A stretch of 39,441 nt of DNA. Source: Paraglaciecola sp. (GTDB lineage: Bacteria; Pseudomonadota; Gammaproteobacteria; Enterobacterales; Alteromonadaceae). Position numbers and translations under genes: made by a program. Of this stretch, positions 10,761 through 23,983 are shown piece by piece. Within the stretch, counting starts at the first letter, position 1. Each line of letters opens with the position of its first letter. The notes beneath the pieces were generated by a model. The model was not told the origin of the DNA. It was given only the letters and a program-made list of their open reading frames with translations, and ran no database searches. The stretch covers positions 1 to 39,441 of the forward strand of contig JBLHIW010000001.1 of assembly GCA_047618055.1 (NCBI GenBank). The letters run 5' to 3'.

Positions 10761-12038
10761 TTACGGCTGCATATAGTCCAGGGTAAGATTAGTCAGTAGC
10801 TTCACACCAAGCTTCATTCCAGCATCATCAACCACAAAACCGGGTGTATGGTGGGCGGGAGCGTCTGCTTGAGCCACATCTAAAGGCTTGCCACCGACAA
10901 ATAAGTACACTCCAGGCACCTTCTCCTGAAAGAAAGAAAAATCTTCTGCCCCTGTCACTGGCTTGACTAAGGCTACGTGATCTTCACCGGCCGTGCGCAT
11001 TAGAGTAGGCAGCATCTTTTCCATTAATTGAGGGTCGTTATAGGTAATGGGATATTGATAATCCAATGGCAGAGTCAGTTCCACTTCTGCACGCATACTC
11101 TGGGCGATACTGTTCACTTTGCGGGAAACCGCTTCATACATATGCTTGCGAGCATCTGCGTTCAAGGTGCGAATAGTGCCAACTAATTCGACCTGATCGG
11201 GAATGATGTTGGAACGAACGCCACCGTGTATCGAACCAATGGTGACGACCGCCGCATCGTCGATTAACTTAATTTCCCGGCTGACAATGGTTTGTAAGCC
11301 CATAATAATTTGCGCAGCGGTGGTCACCGGGTCAACACTTAACCATGGATAAGCACCATGGGCTTGTTTACCCTTGATCACGACTTTAAAAGGGTCGACT
11401 GCAGCCATAATACCACCAGGGCGATACTCTACGGTGCCAACGTCGGTGCCAGCACTGATATGCAAGCCAAAAATCACATCCACATCCGGGTTCTTAAGCA
11501 CGCCCTCTTTGACCATCACCTCAGCACCACCGGTTTCGCCTGCCGGAGCACCTTCCTCTGCGGGCTGAAAGATAAACTTCACCTTGCCCCGCAATTCATC
11601 TTTCATCTGCACCAATATTTTGGCCGCGCCCATCAACATCGCAATATGGGTGTCGTGACCACAGGCATGCATGACCGGTACGGTGTTGCCATTAAACTCC
11701 CCTGTTTGTAGGGATTTATAGGGTAAGTCATTTTCTTCTAATACCGGCAAACCATCTATATCGGCCCGTAAAGCGACCACCGGACCTGGCTTGCCGCTAT
11801 CAAGTACGGCGACCACGCCGGTTTTTGCTACGCCGGTCTGCACCTGCAATCCCAAACTCTGCAAATATTTGGCAATATAGGCGGCTGTTTTATATTCCCG
11901 GTTAGACAGCTCGGGATGCTGATGAAAGTGATGTCGCCATGCAATAACTTGCGCCTCAAGTTTATCAGCCTGGTCACTCACAGGCCCCGCTTGTACCGCC
12001 AGAGGAAGCAGTAATAAGGCGAGTAGTAAATTTTTCAT
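10761..12038 (-). CDS. Exported M20D family amidohydrolase/carboxypeptidase
   Basis: Signal peptide ending AVQA; HPELS, ALRADIDGLP, MHACGHD, FQPAEE, HGAYP, AEDFS, HHTP motifs. Confidence 0.9.
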   Translation of the reverse strand: MKNLLLALLLLPLAVQAGPVSDQADKLEAQVIAWRHHFHQHPELSNREYKTAAYIAKYLQSLGLQVQTGVAKTGVVAVLDSGKPGPVVALRADIDGLPVLEENDLPYKSLQTGEFNGNTVPVMHACGHDTHIAMLMGAAKILVQMKDELRGKVKFIFQPAEEGAPAGETGGAEVMVKEGVLKNPDVDVIFGLHISAGTDVGTVEYRPGGIMAAVDPFKVVIKGKQAHGAYPWLSVDPVTTAAQIIMGLQTIVSREIKLIDDAAVVTIGSIHGGVRSNIIPDQVELVGTIRTLNADARKHMYEAVSRKVNSIAQSMRAEVELTLPLDYQYPITYNDPQLMEKMLPTLMRTAGEDHVALVKPVTGAEDFSFFQEKVPGVYLFVGGKPLDVAQADAPAHHTPGFVVDDAGMKLGVKLLTNLTLDYMQP

Positions 12039-12090
12039 GTTTCAATTCCTTTTATCAGTTTGGTCTTAACTTAGCAGGTTTTCAGACAAT

Positions 12091-12127
12091 AAAAAATCCG
12101 CTAACCATTTCCGGGTAGCGGATTTTT
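12091..12127 (-). terminator. Intrinsic terminator after rho (possibly bidirectional)
   Basis: AAAAAATCCGCTA...TAGCGGATTTTT inverted repeat with T-tails on both strands. Confidence 0.85.
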
Positions 12128-12146
12128 CGAAAATACGTGCAATTAG

Positions 12147-13409
12147 CTATTTCCGTTTGCGCATGGCGGCAAAAAATTCGTTGTTCGTTTTGGTCATCGA
12201 CAATTTATCGATTAAAAACTCCATGGCGTCAATTTCAGACATCTCGTGGACGATTTTTCGCAAAATCCACATTTTCTGTAGCTCGTCCTGAGTGGTCAAT
12301 AGCTCTTCACGGCGCGTGCCCGAACGATTGTAATCAATTGCCGGGAATACCCGCTTTTCAGCAATTTTGCGGTTTAGGTGTAATTCCATATTACCCGTAC
12401 CTTTAAACTCTTCGTAGATAACTTCGTCCATCTTCGAGCCGGTATCAATTAGCGCAGTAGCAATAATCGTTAAACTGCCGCCTTCTTCAATATTTCGCGC
12501 GGCACCGAAAAAGCGCTTGGGTTTGTGTAATGCATTGGCATCCACACCCCCGGTTAATACTTTGCCTGAAGAAGGGATCACCGTATTGTAAGCACGGGCT
12601 AAACGGGTAATCGAATCCAATAGGATAACTACATCTTTTTTATGCTCGACTAAACGCTTCGCTTTCTCGATCACCATTTCAGCCACTTGTACGTGGCGGC
12701 TGGCCGGCTCATCAAAAGTAGAAGCAATCACTTCACCCCGCACCAGGCGTTGCATATCGGTCACTTCTTCCGGACGTTCGTCAATTAACAGTACCATTAA
12801 CAAACATTCAGGATGATTGGCGGCAATCGACTGGGCAATGTTTTGCAATAATAAGGTCTTACCCGCCTTGGGTGGTGCGACTATCAAGCCTCGTTGACCG
12901 CGGCCAATAGGCGACGCTAAGTCCAGTACCCGGGCAGTAATATCTTCAGTGCTACCGTTACCCCGCTCCATAACCAAGCGCTCGTTGGCATGCAAGGGAG
13001 TCAAGTTTTCAAAAAGAATTTTATTACGAGCGTTTTCTGGACGGTCAAAGTTGACTTCGTTAATTTTTAATAAGGCAAAGTACCGTTCGCCATCTTTAGG
13101 TGGACGAATTTTACCGGAAATCGTATCTCCGGTACGCAGGTTAAAACGCCTAATTTGGCTCGGTGACACATAGATATCGTCAGGCCCGGCCAAGTATGAT
13201 GAGTCATTGGAACGCAGAAATCCAAAGCCATCCTGGAGAATTTCTAGTACGCCATCCCCAAAAATATCTTCGCCACTTTTTGCGTGGGCTTTAAGGACAG
13301 AAAAAATAATGTCTTGTTTACGAGCACGAGCCATATTTTCCAGCTTCATTTCTTCGGCTAGGCTAACAAGCTCGCTAATTGGTTTGTTCTTGAGTTCGGT
13401 AAGATTCAT
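12147..13409 (-). CDS. rho: Transcription termination factor Rho
   Basis: [27 protein letters not shown], Walker [30 protein letters not shown]. Confidence 0.99.
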   Translation of the reverse strand: MNLTELKNKPISELVSLAEEMKLENMARARKQDIIFSVLKAHAKSGEDIFGDGVLEILQDGFGFLRSNDSSYLAGPDDIYVSPSQIRRFNLRTGDTISGKIRPPKDGERYFALLKINEVNFDRPENARNKILFENLTPLHANERLVMERGNGSTEDITARVLDLASPIGRGQRGLIVAPPKAGKTLLLQNIAQSIAANHPECLLMVLLIDERPEEVTDMQRLVRGEVIASTFDEPASRHVQVAEMVIEKAKRLVEHKKDVVILLDSITRLARAYNTVIPSSGKVLTGGVDANALHKPKRFFGAARNIEEGGSLTIIATALIDTGSKMDEVIYEEFKGTGNMELHLNRKIAEKRVFPAIDYNRSGTRREELLTTQDELQKMWILRKIVHEMSEIDAMEFLIDKLSMTKTNNEFFAAMRKRK

Positions 13410-13541
13410 ATTGGTGGGTCTTTATGCTTGACGATTTGCCGTTATGGCAAAAATTGATTGAATAGTTCAAGAGTATTTACTTTTTTACCTCTCGATTGGA
13501 GCGAAAAATAATAAAGATCTGTTCAGGTGTGAACGAAACAA

Positions 13542-13570
13542 AACTTAGCATTAAAATACCCTGTAGTCTA
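13542..13570 (-). promoter_or_regulatory. Probable sigma70 promoter of rho
   Basis: Minus strand TAGACT, 17-nt spacer ending TGC, TAAGTT (extended -10), downstream of the trxA terminator. Confidence 0.55.
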
Positions 13571-13609
13571 GCTTTTGTTAAAAATAACAGACATTTAACC
13601 GGATAAAAA

Positions 13610-13639
13610 ATAAAAACCCGAGCAAAGCCGGGTTTTTAT
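13610..13639 (-). terminator. Intrinsic terminator after trxA
   Basis: ATAAAAACCCG...CGGGTTTTTAT inverted repeat, T-rich tail on the minus strand. Confidence 0.82.
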
Positions 13640-13650
13640 AAACACTATCT

Positions 13651-13977
13651 TTAAATATTTTCGTTTAAAAACTCTTCCAGCTGAGTTTTTGATAGGGCGC
13701 CTACTTTGGTCGCGGCCACGTTTCCGTCTTTAAATAATAGCAAAGTAGGGATGCCTCGAATACCATATTTAGGCGGTGTTTCGTTATTTTCATCGACATT
13801 CAGCTTGCCAACTGTTAATTTGCCATCGAAATCGTCAGCAATTTCATGCAATATTGGCGCAATCATTTTACATGGGCCACACCATTCCGCCCAAAAATCC
13901 ACTAATACAGGACCTGCAGCATTGATAACATCGGCCTCGAAACTATCATCAGATAATTGGATAATTTTGTCGCTCAT
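13651..13977 (-). CDS. trxA: Thioredoxin 1
   Basis: [17 protein letters not shown]; canonical rhlB/trxA/rho context. Confidence 0.99.
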   Translation of the reverse strand: MSDKIIQLSDDSFEADVINAAGPVLVDFWAEWCGPCKMIAPILHEIADDFDGKLTVGKLNVDENNETPPKYGIRGIPTLLLFKDGNVAATKVGALSKTQLEEFLNENI

Positions 13978-14078
13978 TTTTTTCTCCGTAATTTTTTCTC
14001 TCGCTGATATTATACAGCGCAGTCGTAATCGTTATATAGAAACTGTTTTTTAATGCAAGCACTGATAAGCTATAAGCT

Positions 14079-15338
14079 ATGCAAACTACACATTTAACTG
14101 AAACACATTTTTCCGATTTGCCCATTCATGAGCAAATCCTCAAAGCATTATCCGAAGCTAACTTCAGCCACTGCACACCTATCCAAGCCTTAAGCATTCC
14201 TCCCCTATTGGAAGGTAATGATGTCGCTGGACAGGCACAGACTGGAACAGGTAAAACCATTGCATTCTTGGTTGCAACCTTTCATTACCTGTTATCGAAT
14301 CCCCAGCCAGGTAAGAAACAACCTCGAGCCATTATTATGGCGCCAACCAGAGAGCTGGCAGTACAGATCTTCAATGACGCTGAACTGCTTAGCAAGCATA
14401 CTGGTTTGTCGCTTGGCTTAATTTATGGGGGCGAAGGTTACCAAAGTCAACGGGAAAAATTACAAGGCGGTGTGGATATTATTATCGGTACTACCGGCCG
14501 GATAATCGATTATTACAAACAGGGCATATTTTCTCTTGAAGCCATACAAGTTTCTGTCCTTGACGAAGCTGACCGTATGTTTGATCTGGGGTTTATCAAA
14601 GATATTCGTTATTTATTGCGTCGCATGCCCAAGCCAACGGAACGTTTAAGCATGCTATTTTCTGCCACCCTATCTTACCGGGTGCAGGAGCTTGCCTATG
14701 AGCACATGGATAATCCCACCCATGTGCAAATAGAGCCAGAGCGTAAAACCGCTACCCGGGTTAAAGAAGAATTATTTTATCCCTCTGACGAAGACAAGAT
14801 TTATTTATTGTTAACCTTGATCGAAGAAGAATGGCCAGATAAAGCGATTGTATTTGCCAACACCAAGCATAGCTGTGAAAGAACAGCGGATTGGTTGGAA
14901 GCGGATGGTCATCGTGTCGGTTTATTGAGTGGTGATGTACCGCAAAATAAGCGTTTGAAAATATTAGAAAATTTCACCAGTGGTGTATTAGACATACTCG
15001 TCGCGACAGATGTTGCCGCGCGGGGTCTGCATATTCCTATGGTCAGTCATGTGTTTAATTACGACTTACCCGACGATGCGGAAGATTATGTGCATCGTAT
15101 TGGTCGAACCGGCCGGGCGGGACACAGCGGCAGTTCGATTAGTTTTGCCTGTGAAAAGTACGCGCTAAACTTGCCGGCGATTGAAGAATATATCCAGCAT
15201 TCTATTGGTGTCAGCGAATACCATTCACACGATCTCATCCGTGACGTGACACCGCCTAAGCCCCGTTTTAAAAAACGTATGCAAAATGGAAAAACGCCAC
15301 AAAAACGCCACTCAGGACCCCGCCCACATAGAAACTAA
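14079..15338 (+). CDS. rhlB: DEAD-box RNA helicase RhlB
   Basis: [39 protein letters not shown]; divergent from trxA. Confidence 0.97.
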   Translation: MQTTHLTETHFSDLPIHEQILKALSEANFSHCTPIQALSIPPLLEGNDVAGQAQTGTGKTIAFLVATFHYLLSNPQPGKKQPRAIIMAPTRELAVQIFNDAELLSKHTGLSLGLIYGGEGYQSQREKLQGGVDIIIGTTGRIIDYYKQGIFSLEAIQVSVLDEADRMFDLGFIKDIRYLLRRMPKPTERLSMLFSATLSYRVQELAYEHMDNPTHVQIEPERKTATRVKEELFYPSDEDKIYLLLTLIEEEWPDKAIVFANTKHSCERTADWLEADGHRVGLLSGDVPQNKRLKILENFTSGVLDILVATDVAARGLHIPMVSHVFNYDLPDDAEDYVHRIGRTGRAGHSGSSISFACEKYALNLPAIEEYIQHSIGVSEYHSHDLIRDVTPPKPRFKKRMQNGKTPQKRHSGPRPHRN

Positions 15339-15346
15339 AGACTAAC

Positions 15347-16861
15347 ATGAATATACCAGCACACGCTGTTCCACAAAGTCAGCCTGACCAGCTTTACGCC
15401 GCGGTGGATTTAGGCTCAAACAGCTTTCATATGGTGGTTGTCAGAGTATCGGCCGGCTGTGTGCATATTATTGGCAAGGTTAAACAGAAAGTCCGCTTGG
15501 CCGCGGGTCTTGACGATAATATGCTGCTGGATCAGCTTAGTCTGGAACGGGGCTGGACATGTCTGGAGACCTTTGCTGAACGCTTACAGGATATTCCCTC
15601 CGCGAATATTAAAGTGGTGGGTACCGCCACTTTAAGGCTAGCTAAAAATGCGGCTGTGTTTATCGCTCGCGCCGAGCAAATCCTTAAGCATAGGTTAGAT
15701 GTCATAAGCGGTGAAGAAGAAGCCCGACAAATTTATCTGGGCGTGGCCTACACCTCGGCAAATCAGGGTAACTCACTGGTAATCGATATCGGTGGGGCCA
15801 GTACAGAGGTGATCATTGGCAATGATATGACGCCCATTCACTTAGTCAGCCTCAATATGGGTTGTGTTACCTTCAAAGAACGTTATTTCCCGGATGGTGA
15901 ATTAACCCAAGCCGCCTTTGATAGGGCAATTGCCGGTGCAAGATCACTGTTGGCATCCGTCGCTGAAGACTTCGTTTGTTTTGATTGGCAGCAATGTTTA
16001 GGCGCTTCAGGTACCCCTCAGGCGGTAACCGAAATTTTGGTGGCACAGGGTATCAGTGATGCGATCCGTTTCGATTATTTACTTAACCTTATGCAGCAAT
16101 GCATCGATTGTGACCACATAGACGATCTGCAAATTGACGGATTACTTGAAGCCCGGCGGTCAATATTTCCCAGTGGGCTGGCTATCCTTATTGCTTTATT
16201 TGAGCAACTTAAAATAAACGATATGCAAATATCCGGTGGCGCCCTTCGGGAGGGATTAATCTACGGCATGTTGGATAACATGCAGCAAAACGACAGGCGT
16301 TTGCAAACCCTTGACCAAACCATGGCTCACTTTCATATTGAAGCCCGGCAGGCGAATCGGGTTAAAAACGTAGCACTGTATTTATTCAGGAAAGTGCGAG
16401 AGCAGATGGATATGAGTAAAATAGATGCTGAAGCTATTTTAATTGGTGCCGCCATGTTGCATGAGGTGGGTTTGCATATTGAATATAAACAACACCATGC
16501 CCATGGTGGCTACATTTTGGCCTACTTACCCTTAATTGGTTATTCCCAACAACAGCGGGAAGGGATAAAAAACCTGGTATTTAGCCATCGCCAAGAAATC
16601 AATATTCAATTATTCGACAGTTTTCATGCGGATTTGCGTGGGATCATGCTTAACTTATCGCGTATTTTACGCCTGGCCTGTTTACTGTCTATCCGCCGTA
16701 AAGACGACTTTCTGCCTGACATAGACCTGGTATTAGATGGTGATAAGTGGCAACTCACATTCCCCAAAGGCTGGCTAAAAGCCCACCCCCTAATTGATGC
16801 CGAACTGGCAAATGAGAAATGGCAGCAACATAAAGTGGGCTGGCAACTGATCTGCGAGTAA
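15347..16861 (+). CDS. gppA: pppGpp 5'-phosphohydrolase (GppA/Ppx family)
   Basis: AVDLGSNSFH, SGEEEA, DIGGASTE, GALREG, HD-like C-terminus; follows rhlB as gppA does. Confidence 0.88.
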   Translation: MNIPAHAVPQSQPDQLYAAVDLGSNSFHMVVVRVSAGCVHIIGKVKQKVRLAAGLDDNMLLDQLSLERGWTCLETFAERLQDIPSANIKVVGTATLRLAKNAAVFIARAEQILKHRLDVISGEEEARQIYLGVAYTSANQGNSLVIDIGGASTEVIIGNDMTPIHLVSLNMGCVTFKERYFPDGELTQAAFDRAIAGARSLLASVAEDFVCFDWQQCLGASGTPQAVTEILVAQGISDAIRFDYLLNLMQQCIDCDHIDDLQIDGLLEARRSIFPSGLAILIALFEQLKINDMQISGGALREGLIYGMLDNMQQNDRRLQTLDQTMAHFHIEARQANRVKNVALYLFRKVREQMDMSKIDAEAILIGAAMLHEVGLHIEYKQHHAHGGYILAYLPLIGYSQQQREGIKNLVFSHRQEINIQLFDSFHADLRGIMLNLSRILRLACLLSIRRKDDFLPDIDLVLDGDKWQLTFPKGWLKAHPLIDAELANEKWQQHKVGWQLICE

Positions 16862-17090
16862 ATAGCTAGAATTATAAGTTATTCAAAAGCCAACAAAGCG
16901 CGAAAAACGGTTCATCGACAAGCTACACTAAAGGTCGGCACTATTGAGATTGCGCCAATTCAGATGACAAGTGATGACTGTTGGCAAATTGCACATTCTT
17001 TTTCTGATAAAATCCATCTTTCTCACTGGCCCTAGTGTTTTCTGCCGTTCAAACCCTTTTGCTTTTAAATACATTTTATATTGGGGATTA

Positions 17091-19996
<2,906 letters not shown>

Positions 19997-20007
<11 letters not shown>

Positions 20008-20806
20008 GGGGATTGTTGCTATGGAGTCCAAATAATTGGCAACTATTACGGTAACTGTGTTGTTGTAGTTCGGCGCATTGTACGTTCATCAGTGTGGCTA
20101 GTTGGGCGGCAATGTGTGGCAGGTAGCAAGGTTCGTTGTTGCTGGATAATTTTCGCTCTTGGGGGCTTAAAGTCTTTGGCTTCAAATACGGGGCATCGGT
20201 TTCAAGTAACAGGCGATCCAATGGCAGTTCTCGCACCGCCTCCCGCAGTGCCTGGCCACGTTTTTGGTCGCACACCCAGCCGGTTATGCCAATATAAAAG
20301 CCCAAATCCAGATAAGTCTGCATCTGTTGCTTGTCACCGGTAAAACAATGAGCGACCCCTCCGGCTAAGCTTGCATGATGTTTTTCCAGCAGCTTAACTT
20401 GTGCACAAAAGGCATCCCGCTCATGTAAGAATAAGGGCTTTTGCAGCTCTGCGGCGAGTATTAACTGCTGTTCAAACACCGCCAGTTGTTGCTCAGGTGG
20501 CGAGAAGTTTCGATTAAAGTCCAATCCGCATTCGCCAATGGCCAGCACCTGGGGCAGTGCAGCTAGCGTGCGCAGTTCATCGAGATAAGAAGCGCTGGCA
20601 TCTTTGGCGTGATGGGGATGGATCCCGGCAGTGCAATACAGGCGCTCCGGGTGTTGTTCGGCTAAGGTGACCGCTTTGCGGCTTTCCTCAACACTGGTGC
20701 CGGTGATCAACAGCTGCTTAACGTTTGCCAGATTGGCCCGTTCAAGCACCGCATCGATGGACAGTCGCTTATCCATCAGGTTGACGCCCACATCGAACCA
20801 GACCAT
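19997..20806 (-). CDS. tatD: TatD family nuclease
   Basis: FDVGVNL, TAGIHPH, AIGECGLD, FLHERDA, HCFTG, LETDAPYL, NEP. Confidence 0.95.
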
Positions 20807-20808
20807 GG

Positions 20809-21357
20809 CTATTTTATCCGTTTCACACGTAGTCTTCGGTTCTTCCCGTCTTTACTGAGAAAGAAAGAACCCAATGCGCCGCGCTCTACGTAAACTTGCT
20901 CGCCAACTCTGAGTCTTAAGAAGACAGAATCCGTTTGTTTCCAGCGCTGGCCATTGTCCAGCGTAAGCAAAAGCTTTTTGTAGGGATCTTTGTTGATGAC
21001 AGTGAGCTGGGCGTAAATCTTATCCTGTGCATTCTCGAGTTTGTTTTTATGCTCCATACCAAAATCATCAGCCGCTATTGTGGCCTTTTCAGGGATGTCT
21101 GGACGCATTGGTGTTGGCTGAGTAAGGGCTGGAGACCTTGTTTTAGCTTGACGCTCCGACGCACTGGTTTTTGCCTCTTGGGGTGGTGCGGGGGCAAGTA
21201 AGAGATTCGGCTCTGCGGCTAATCGGTCATAGCATACTAGACGTTTAAGGGAATCGTTTTCTTGACTGCAGTTGATCAGTGCTTCACGGATACTTTGTGC
21301 CTGAGCAAGCCCCGTCATCAACAACAAACTGCAAATTACGAGGGTAGTTTTATTCAT
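20809..21357 (-). CDS. Uncharacterised secreted protein (two-Cys helical domain, P/A/T linker, small beta domain)
   Basis: Start overlaps the tatC stop (ATGA); Sec-type signal ending AQA; [15 protein letters not shown]; C-terminal [11 protein letters not shown]...RGALGSFFL. Confidence 0.85.
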   Translation of the reverse strand: MNKTTLVICSLLLMTGLAQAQSIREALINCSQENDSLKRLVCYDRLAAEPNLLLAPAPPQEAKTSASERQAKTRSPALTQPTPMRPDIPEKATIAADDFGMEHKNKLENAQDKIYAQLTVINKDPYKKLLLTLDNGQRWKQTDSVFLRLRVGEQVYVERGALGSFFLSKDGKNRRLRVKRIK

Positions 21358-22091
21358 TCTCTTTCCTGTTGTTGCTGTTTGTTACGTGAATAAAAACTGC
21401 CCACAATGATGCCAAATTCATATAATATCCACATAGGTATCGCCAGCAGGGTTTGAGAGATAATATCCGGGGGGGTGAGTAACATACCCACAACAAACAC
21501 CCCGACAATGACATAGGGTCTTTTGGCTCTTAGGGTTTCGGGGGTGGTGATCCCTGTCCAGCACATCAGGACGATGGCAACTGGGATTTCAAAGGATAAG
21601 CCAAAGGCAAAAAATATTTTGAGCACAAAATTCAAGTAACTGCTGATATCGGTATTAATAACCACGCCCTCGGGAGCCACACTGGTGAAAAATGCGAAAG
21701 CTAAGGGGAACACCACGTAATAGGCGAAGGCCATACCCGCATAAAAAAGTAGCGTACTAGACAACAGCAAGGGGGCAACTAAACGCCTTTCATTTTTATA
21801 TAGCCCGGGTGCCACAAAACCCCAAATTTGATAGAACACCATGGGAATGGCGATAAAAAAGGACAATACCATGGTCAGTTTAAACGGGGCGAAAAAGGGC
21901 GATGCCACGTCAGTTGCAATCATTTGTGCGTGCTCTGGCAGGGTATCAAGCAAAGGGGTGGCTAACCAGTGGTAAAGATCCTGGGCAAAATACACCAGGC
22001 ATAAGAAGACTACGAAGATACTTAATACGGCTCGTAGTACACAGCGTCTTAACTCAATTAGGTGGGCAATAAGACTGTTGCTATCAGACAT
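21354..22091 (-). CDS. tatC: Twin-arginine translocase TatC
   Basis: [35 protein letters not shown]. Confidence 0.98.
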   Translation of the reverse strand: MSDSNSLIAHLIELRRCVLRAVLSIFVVFLCLVYFAQDLYHWLATPLLDTLPEHAQMIATDVASPFFAPFKLTMVLSFFIAIPMVFYQIWGFVAPGLYKNERRLVAPLLLSSTLLFYAGMAFAYYVVFPLAFAFFTSVAPEGVVINTDISSYLNFVLKIFFAFGLSFEIPVAIVLMCWTGITTPETLRAKRPYVIVGVFVVGMLLTPPDIISQTLLAIPMWILYEFGIIVGSFYSRNKQQQQERE

Positions 22092-22398
22092 CTTTACTCA
22101 CTTTTTTGTCATAGGGTTTTTGTACCGATTTAGCTGCAGCTTTGAGTTCATCCACCGTGTCCTGCAATTCCGGAGACAAGTTTTGTAAATTTTGCTGTTC
22201 GGCTTTTTTTAAGTTTTCATGCAACTCATGAATTTTAAACTGTTGCTCGACTTCCTCGCGAAAACCACTGGCCATACTTTTTACGCTGCGCACGGTTTTG
22301 ATGGTTGAGCGCATTGCCCCGGGCAACCTTTCTGGGCCCAAAACTAATAGGGCAACCACCGCGATGATTAATATTTCGAAAAAACCGACATCAAACAT
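22084..22398 (-). CDS. tatB: Twin-arginine translocase TatB
   Basis: MFDVGFFE...LGPERLP. Confidence 0.96.
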   Translation of the reverse strand: MFDVGFFEILIIAVVALLVLGPERLPGAMRSTIKTVRSVKSMASGFREEVEQQFKIHELHENLKKAEQQNLQNLSPELQDTVDELKAAAKSVQKPYDKKVSKDV

Positions 22399-22655
22399 TA
22401 GGACTGCTCTTTTTGCTCATTTTTTGGGTTTTTTTCAGTGACGCTGTTGGCTTCCTCTGACTTATCTTCCATTATTTCATTAGGAGCAAAATCTGCATCT
22501 TTATCGTCTTTATCGTCTTTATCACCCATGGCTTTTTTGAAGCCTTTCACTGCTGAGCCCAAGTCGCCCCCCATATTGCGCAGCTTTTTTGTGCCAAAAA
22601 TAAGAACGACAATAACTAAAATAATCAACAACTGCATTGGACTGATACCAAACAT
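22398..22655 (-). CDS. tatA: Twin-arginine translocase TatA
   Basis: [10 protein letters not shown]...[21 protein letters not shown]. Start placed at ATG 22655. Confidence 0.96.
   Translation of the reverse strand: MFGISPMQLLIILVIVVLIFGTKKLRNMGGDLGSAVKGFKKAMGDKDDKDDKDADFAPNEIMEDKSEEANSVTEKNPKNEQKEQS
22498..22524. repeat. 9-bp tandem repeat x3 in the tatA tail
   Basis: TCTTTATCG TCTTTATCG TCTTTATCA, encoding DKDDKDDKD. Confidence 0.85.
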
Positions 22656-22770
22656 GAGTCTTTTCCCTAACAATTTTTCTACCATTATACGTAGCTGAAT
22701 CAAAAGGTCACTGAATATGCATCTTTATGTGGGTTGCTTATATGCTGGCAATATAGAAAATGTGTAAACT

Positions 22771-22915
22771 TATACCCAGATGACTTCAAATCGTCAAATA
22801 CCAGCAAAGGTATTGAGGCATCGCTTTCCGATGTTCAATACAAATAATACCGTGGTTGGGGATTGGAAACCTCTCCGAAGGGAGCTTAGGCAGAAACCCA
22901 GTGCAGCGTTATAAT
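22771..22915. repeat. Possible degenerate MITE remnant with ERIC-like terminus
   Basis: Starts TATACCCAGATGACTTCAA, resembling an ERIC-type end; internal CTCTC-CGAA-GGGAG hairpin; no matching second end; right boundary uncertain. Confidence 0.4.
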
Positions 22916-22950
22916 ATTTGCAAAGGCCTATTTGCCCAAAAGTGTGAAGG

Positions 22951-23877
22951 ATGAATATGTTTAGAATATTTAAGCTGTTGATCGCGGTGATGATCTTAGT
23001 GCCCCGGGCTTGGGCGGATCAAGAGCTACAGGAGTATCCGTGGCTGGACACCATGCATCAAAACATTGTGGACTCCGTCACCGACAGCGCCCTATGGTTT
23101 GATGAGTTCTTTGTATTGGATGAGTTTAGTCATCATGATAAGGCCAGGGGCGAAGCACGAATACGTTTGGGTTGGGAGCCTCGTAGTCGTGACCTCAGTG
23201 AATTTCAAACCCAGATCAGGCTACGGGTCCAATTGCCAAACTTAAAAAACCGGGTCGATATTGTCTTATCTGACTATGATGATGATCCAGGAGAAAGCGT
23301 CTTACGAGCCTCCGGCAACGATGTTTTTACCGAGCAAAATCGCTTTAGTTTAGCCCTGCGATGGCGCGCCAAACCCGATAGCGGATTATCCCATCGTGTG
23401 GGTATTGGCCGGCGCTTACAGCCTTTTGTTAAGAGTCGATATCGCAGTTTGCTCACCTTAACCCAGCAGTCCGAATTGCGCTGGGAGACCTCCATATATT
23501 ATTATAATCGGGATGGTTTCGGTGCCAATATTGCCGGACAGTTAAACTATACATTTGATCCCCAGTCCTTGCTTCGCCTCAATAACCAATTTTATTTTCG
23601 GGGTCGCAGCAATGACTGGTTGTGGCAACATAGCCTGCAACATTTAAGGCAGGTGGATGATAAAACTGCGATCATTTCAGGTTTTTATCTTGAGGGTTTA
23701 AGCCAAGAAAATTATCGATTAGAAGAATATTTAGTTAGCTTCAGGTGGCGCAAAAACGCCTTGCGCGAATGGTTATTTTACGAGCTGGAGCCCTTTGTGC
23801 TGTGGCAACGTGATGAGGGGTTTTCTGCCTCCTACGGCCTGGCACTGAGATTGGAAGGATTCTTCGGTCACGATTAA
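22951..23877 (+). CDS. Uncharacterised exported protein, putative outer-membrane beta-barrel
   Basis: GAAGG Shine-Dalgarno-like sequence; signal peptide ending AWA; alternating amphipathic strands rich in aromatic residues; last strand YGLALRLEGFF. Confidence 0.75.
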   Translation: MNMFRIFKLLIAVMILVPRAWADQELQEYPWLDTMHQNIVDSVTDSALWFDEFFVLDEFSHHDKARGEARIRLGWEPRSRDLSEFQTQIRLRVQLPNLKNRVDIVLSDYDDDPGESVLRASGNDVFTEQNRFSLALRWRAKPDSGLSHRVGIGRRLQPFVKSRYRSLLTLTQQSELRWETSIYYYNRDGFGANIAGQLNYTFDPQSLLRLNNQFYFRGRSNDWLWQHSLQHLRQVDDKTAIISGFYLEGLSQENYRLEEYLVSFRWRKNALREWLFYELEPFVLWQRDEGFSASYGLALRLEGFFGHD

Positions 23878-23983
23878 TGGGGAACAGGAAATACAGCCAT
23901 GGACTGAAGGACAAACAGGGCCACGCTATCAGTAAAGGAGGCCTGCCATCTACTGGGGTGACGGACGGGTTGGTATTGACGGC

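Noticed and set aside
14004-14017. CTGATATTATACAG as a LexA box
   Set aside because: CTG-N8-CAG rather than N10; more likely the trxA -10 region.
16862-17090. Open frame in the gppA/hemB spacer as a small protein or pseudogene
   Set aside because: No start codon with an RBS near its 5' end and no recognisable similarity.
21469-21475. G7 tract in tatC as a phase-variation site
   Set aside because: It encodes the conserved TPPD motif of a housekeeping gene and is short.
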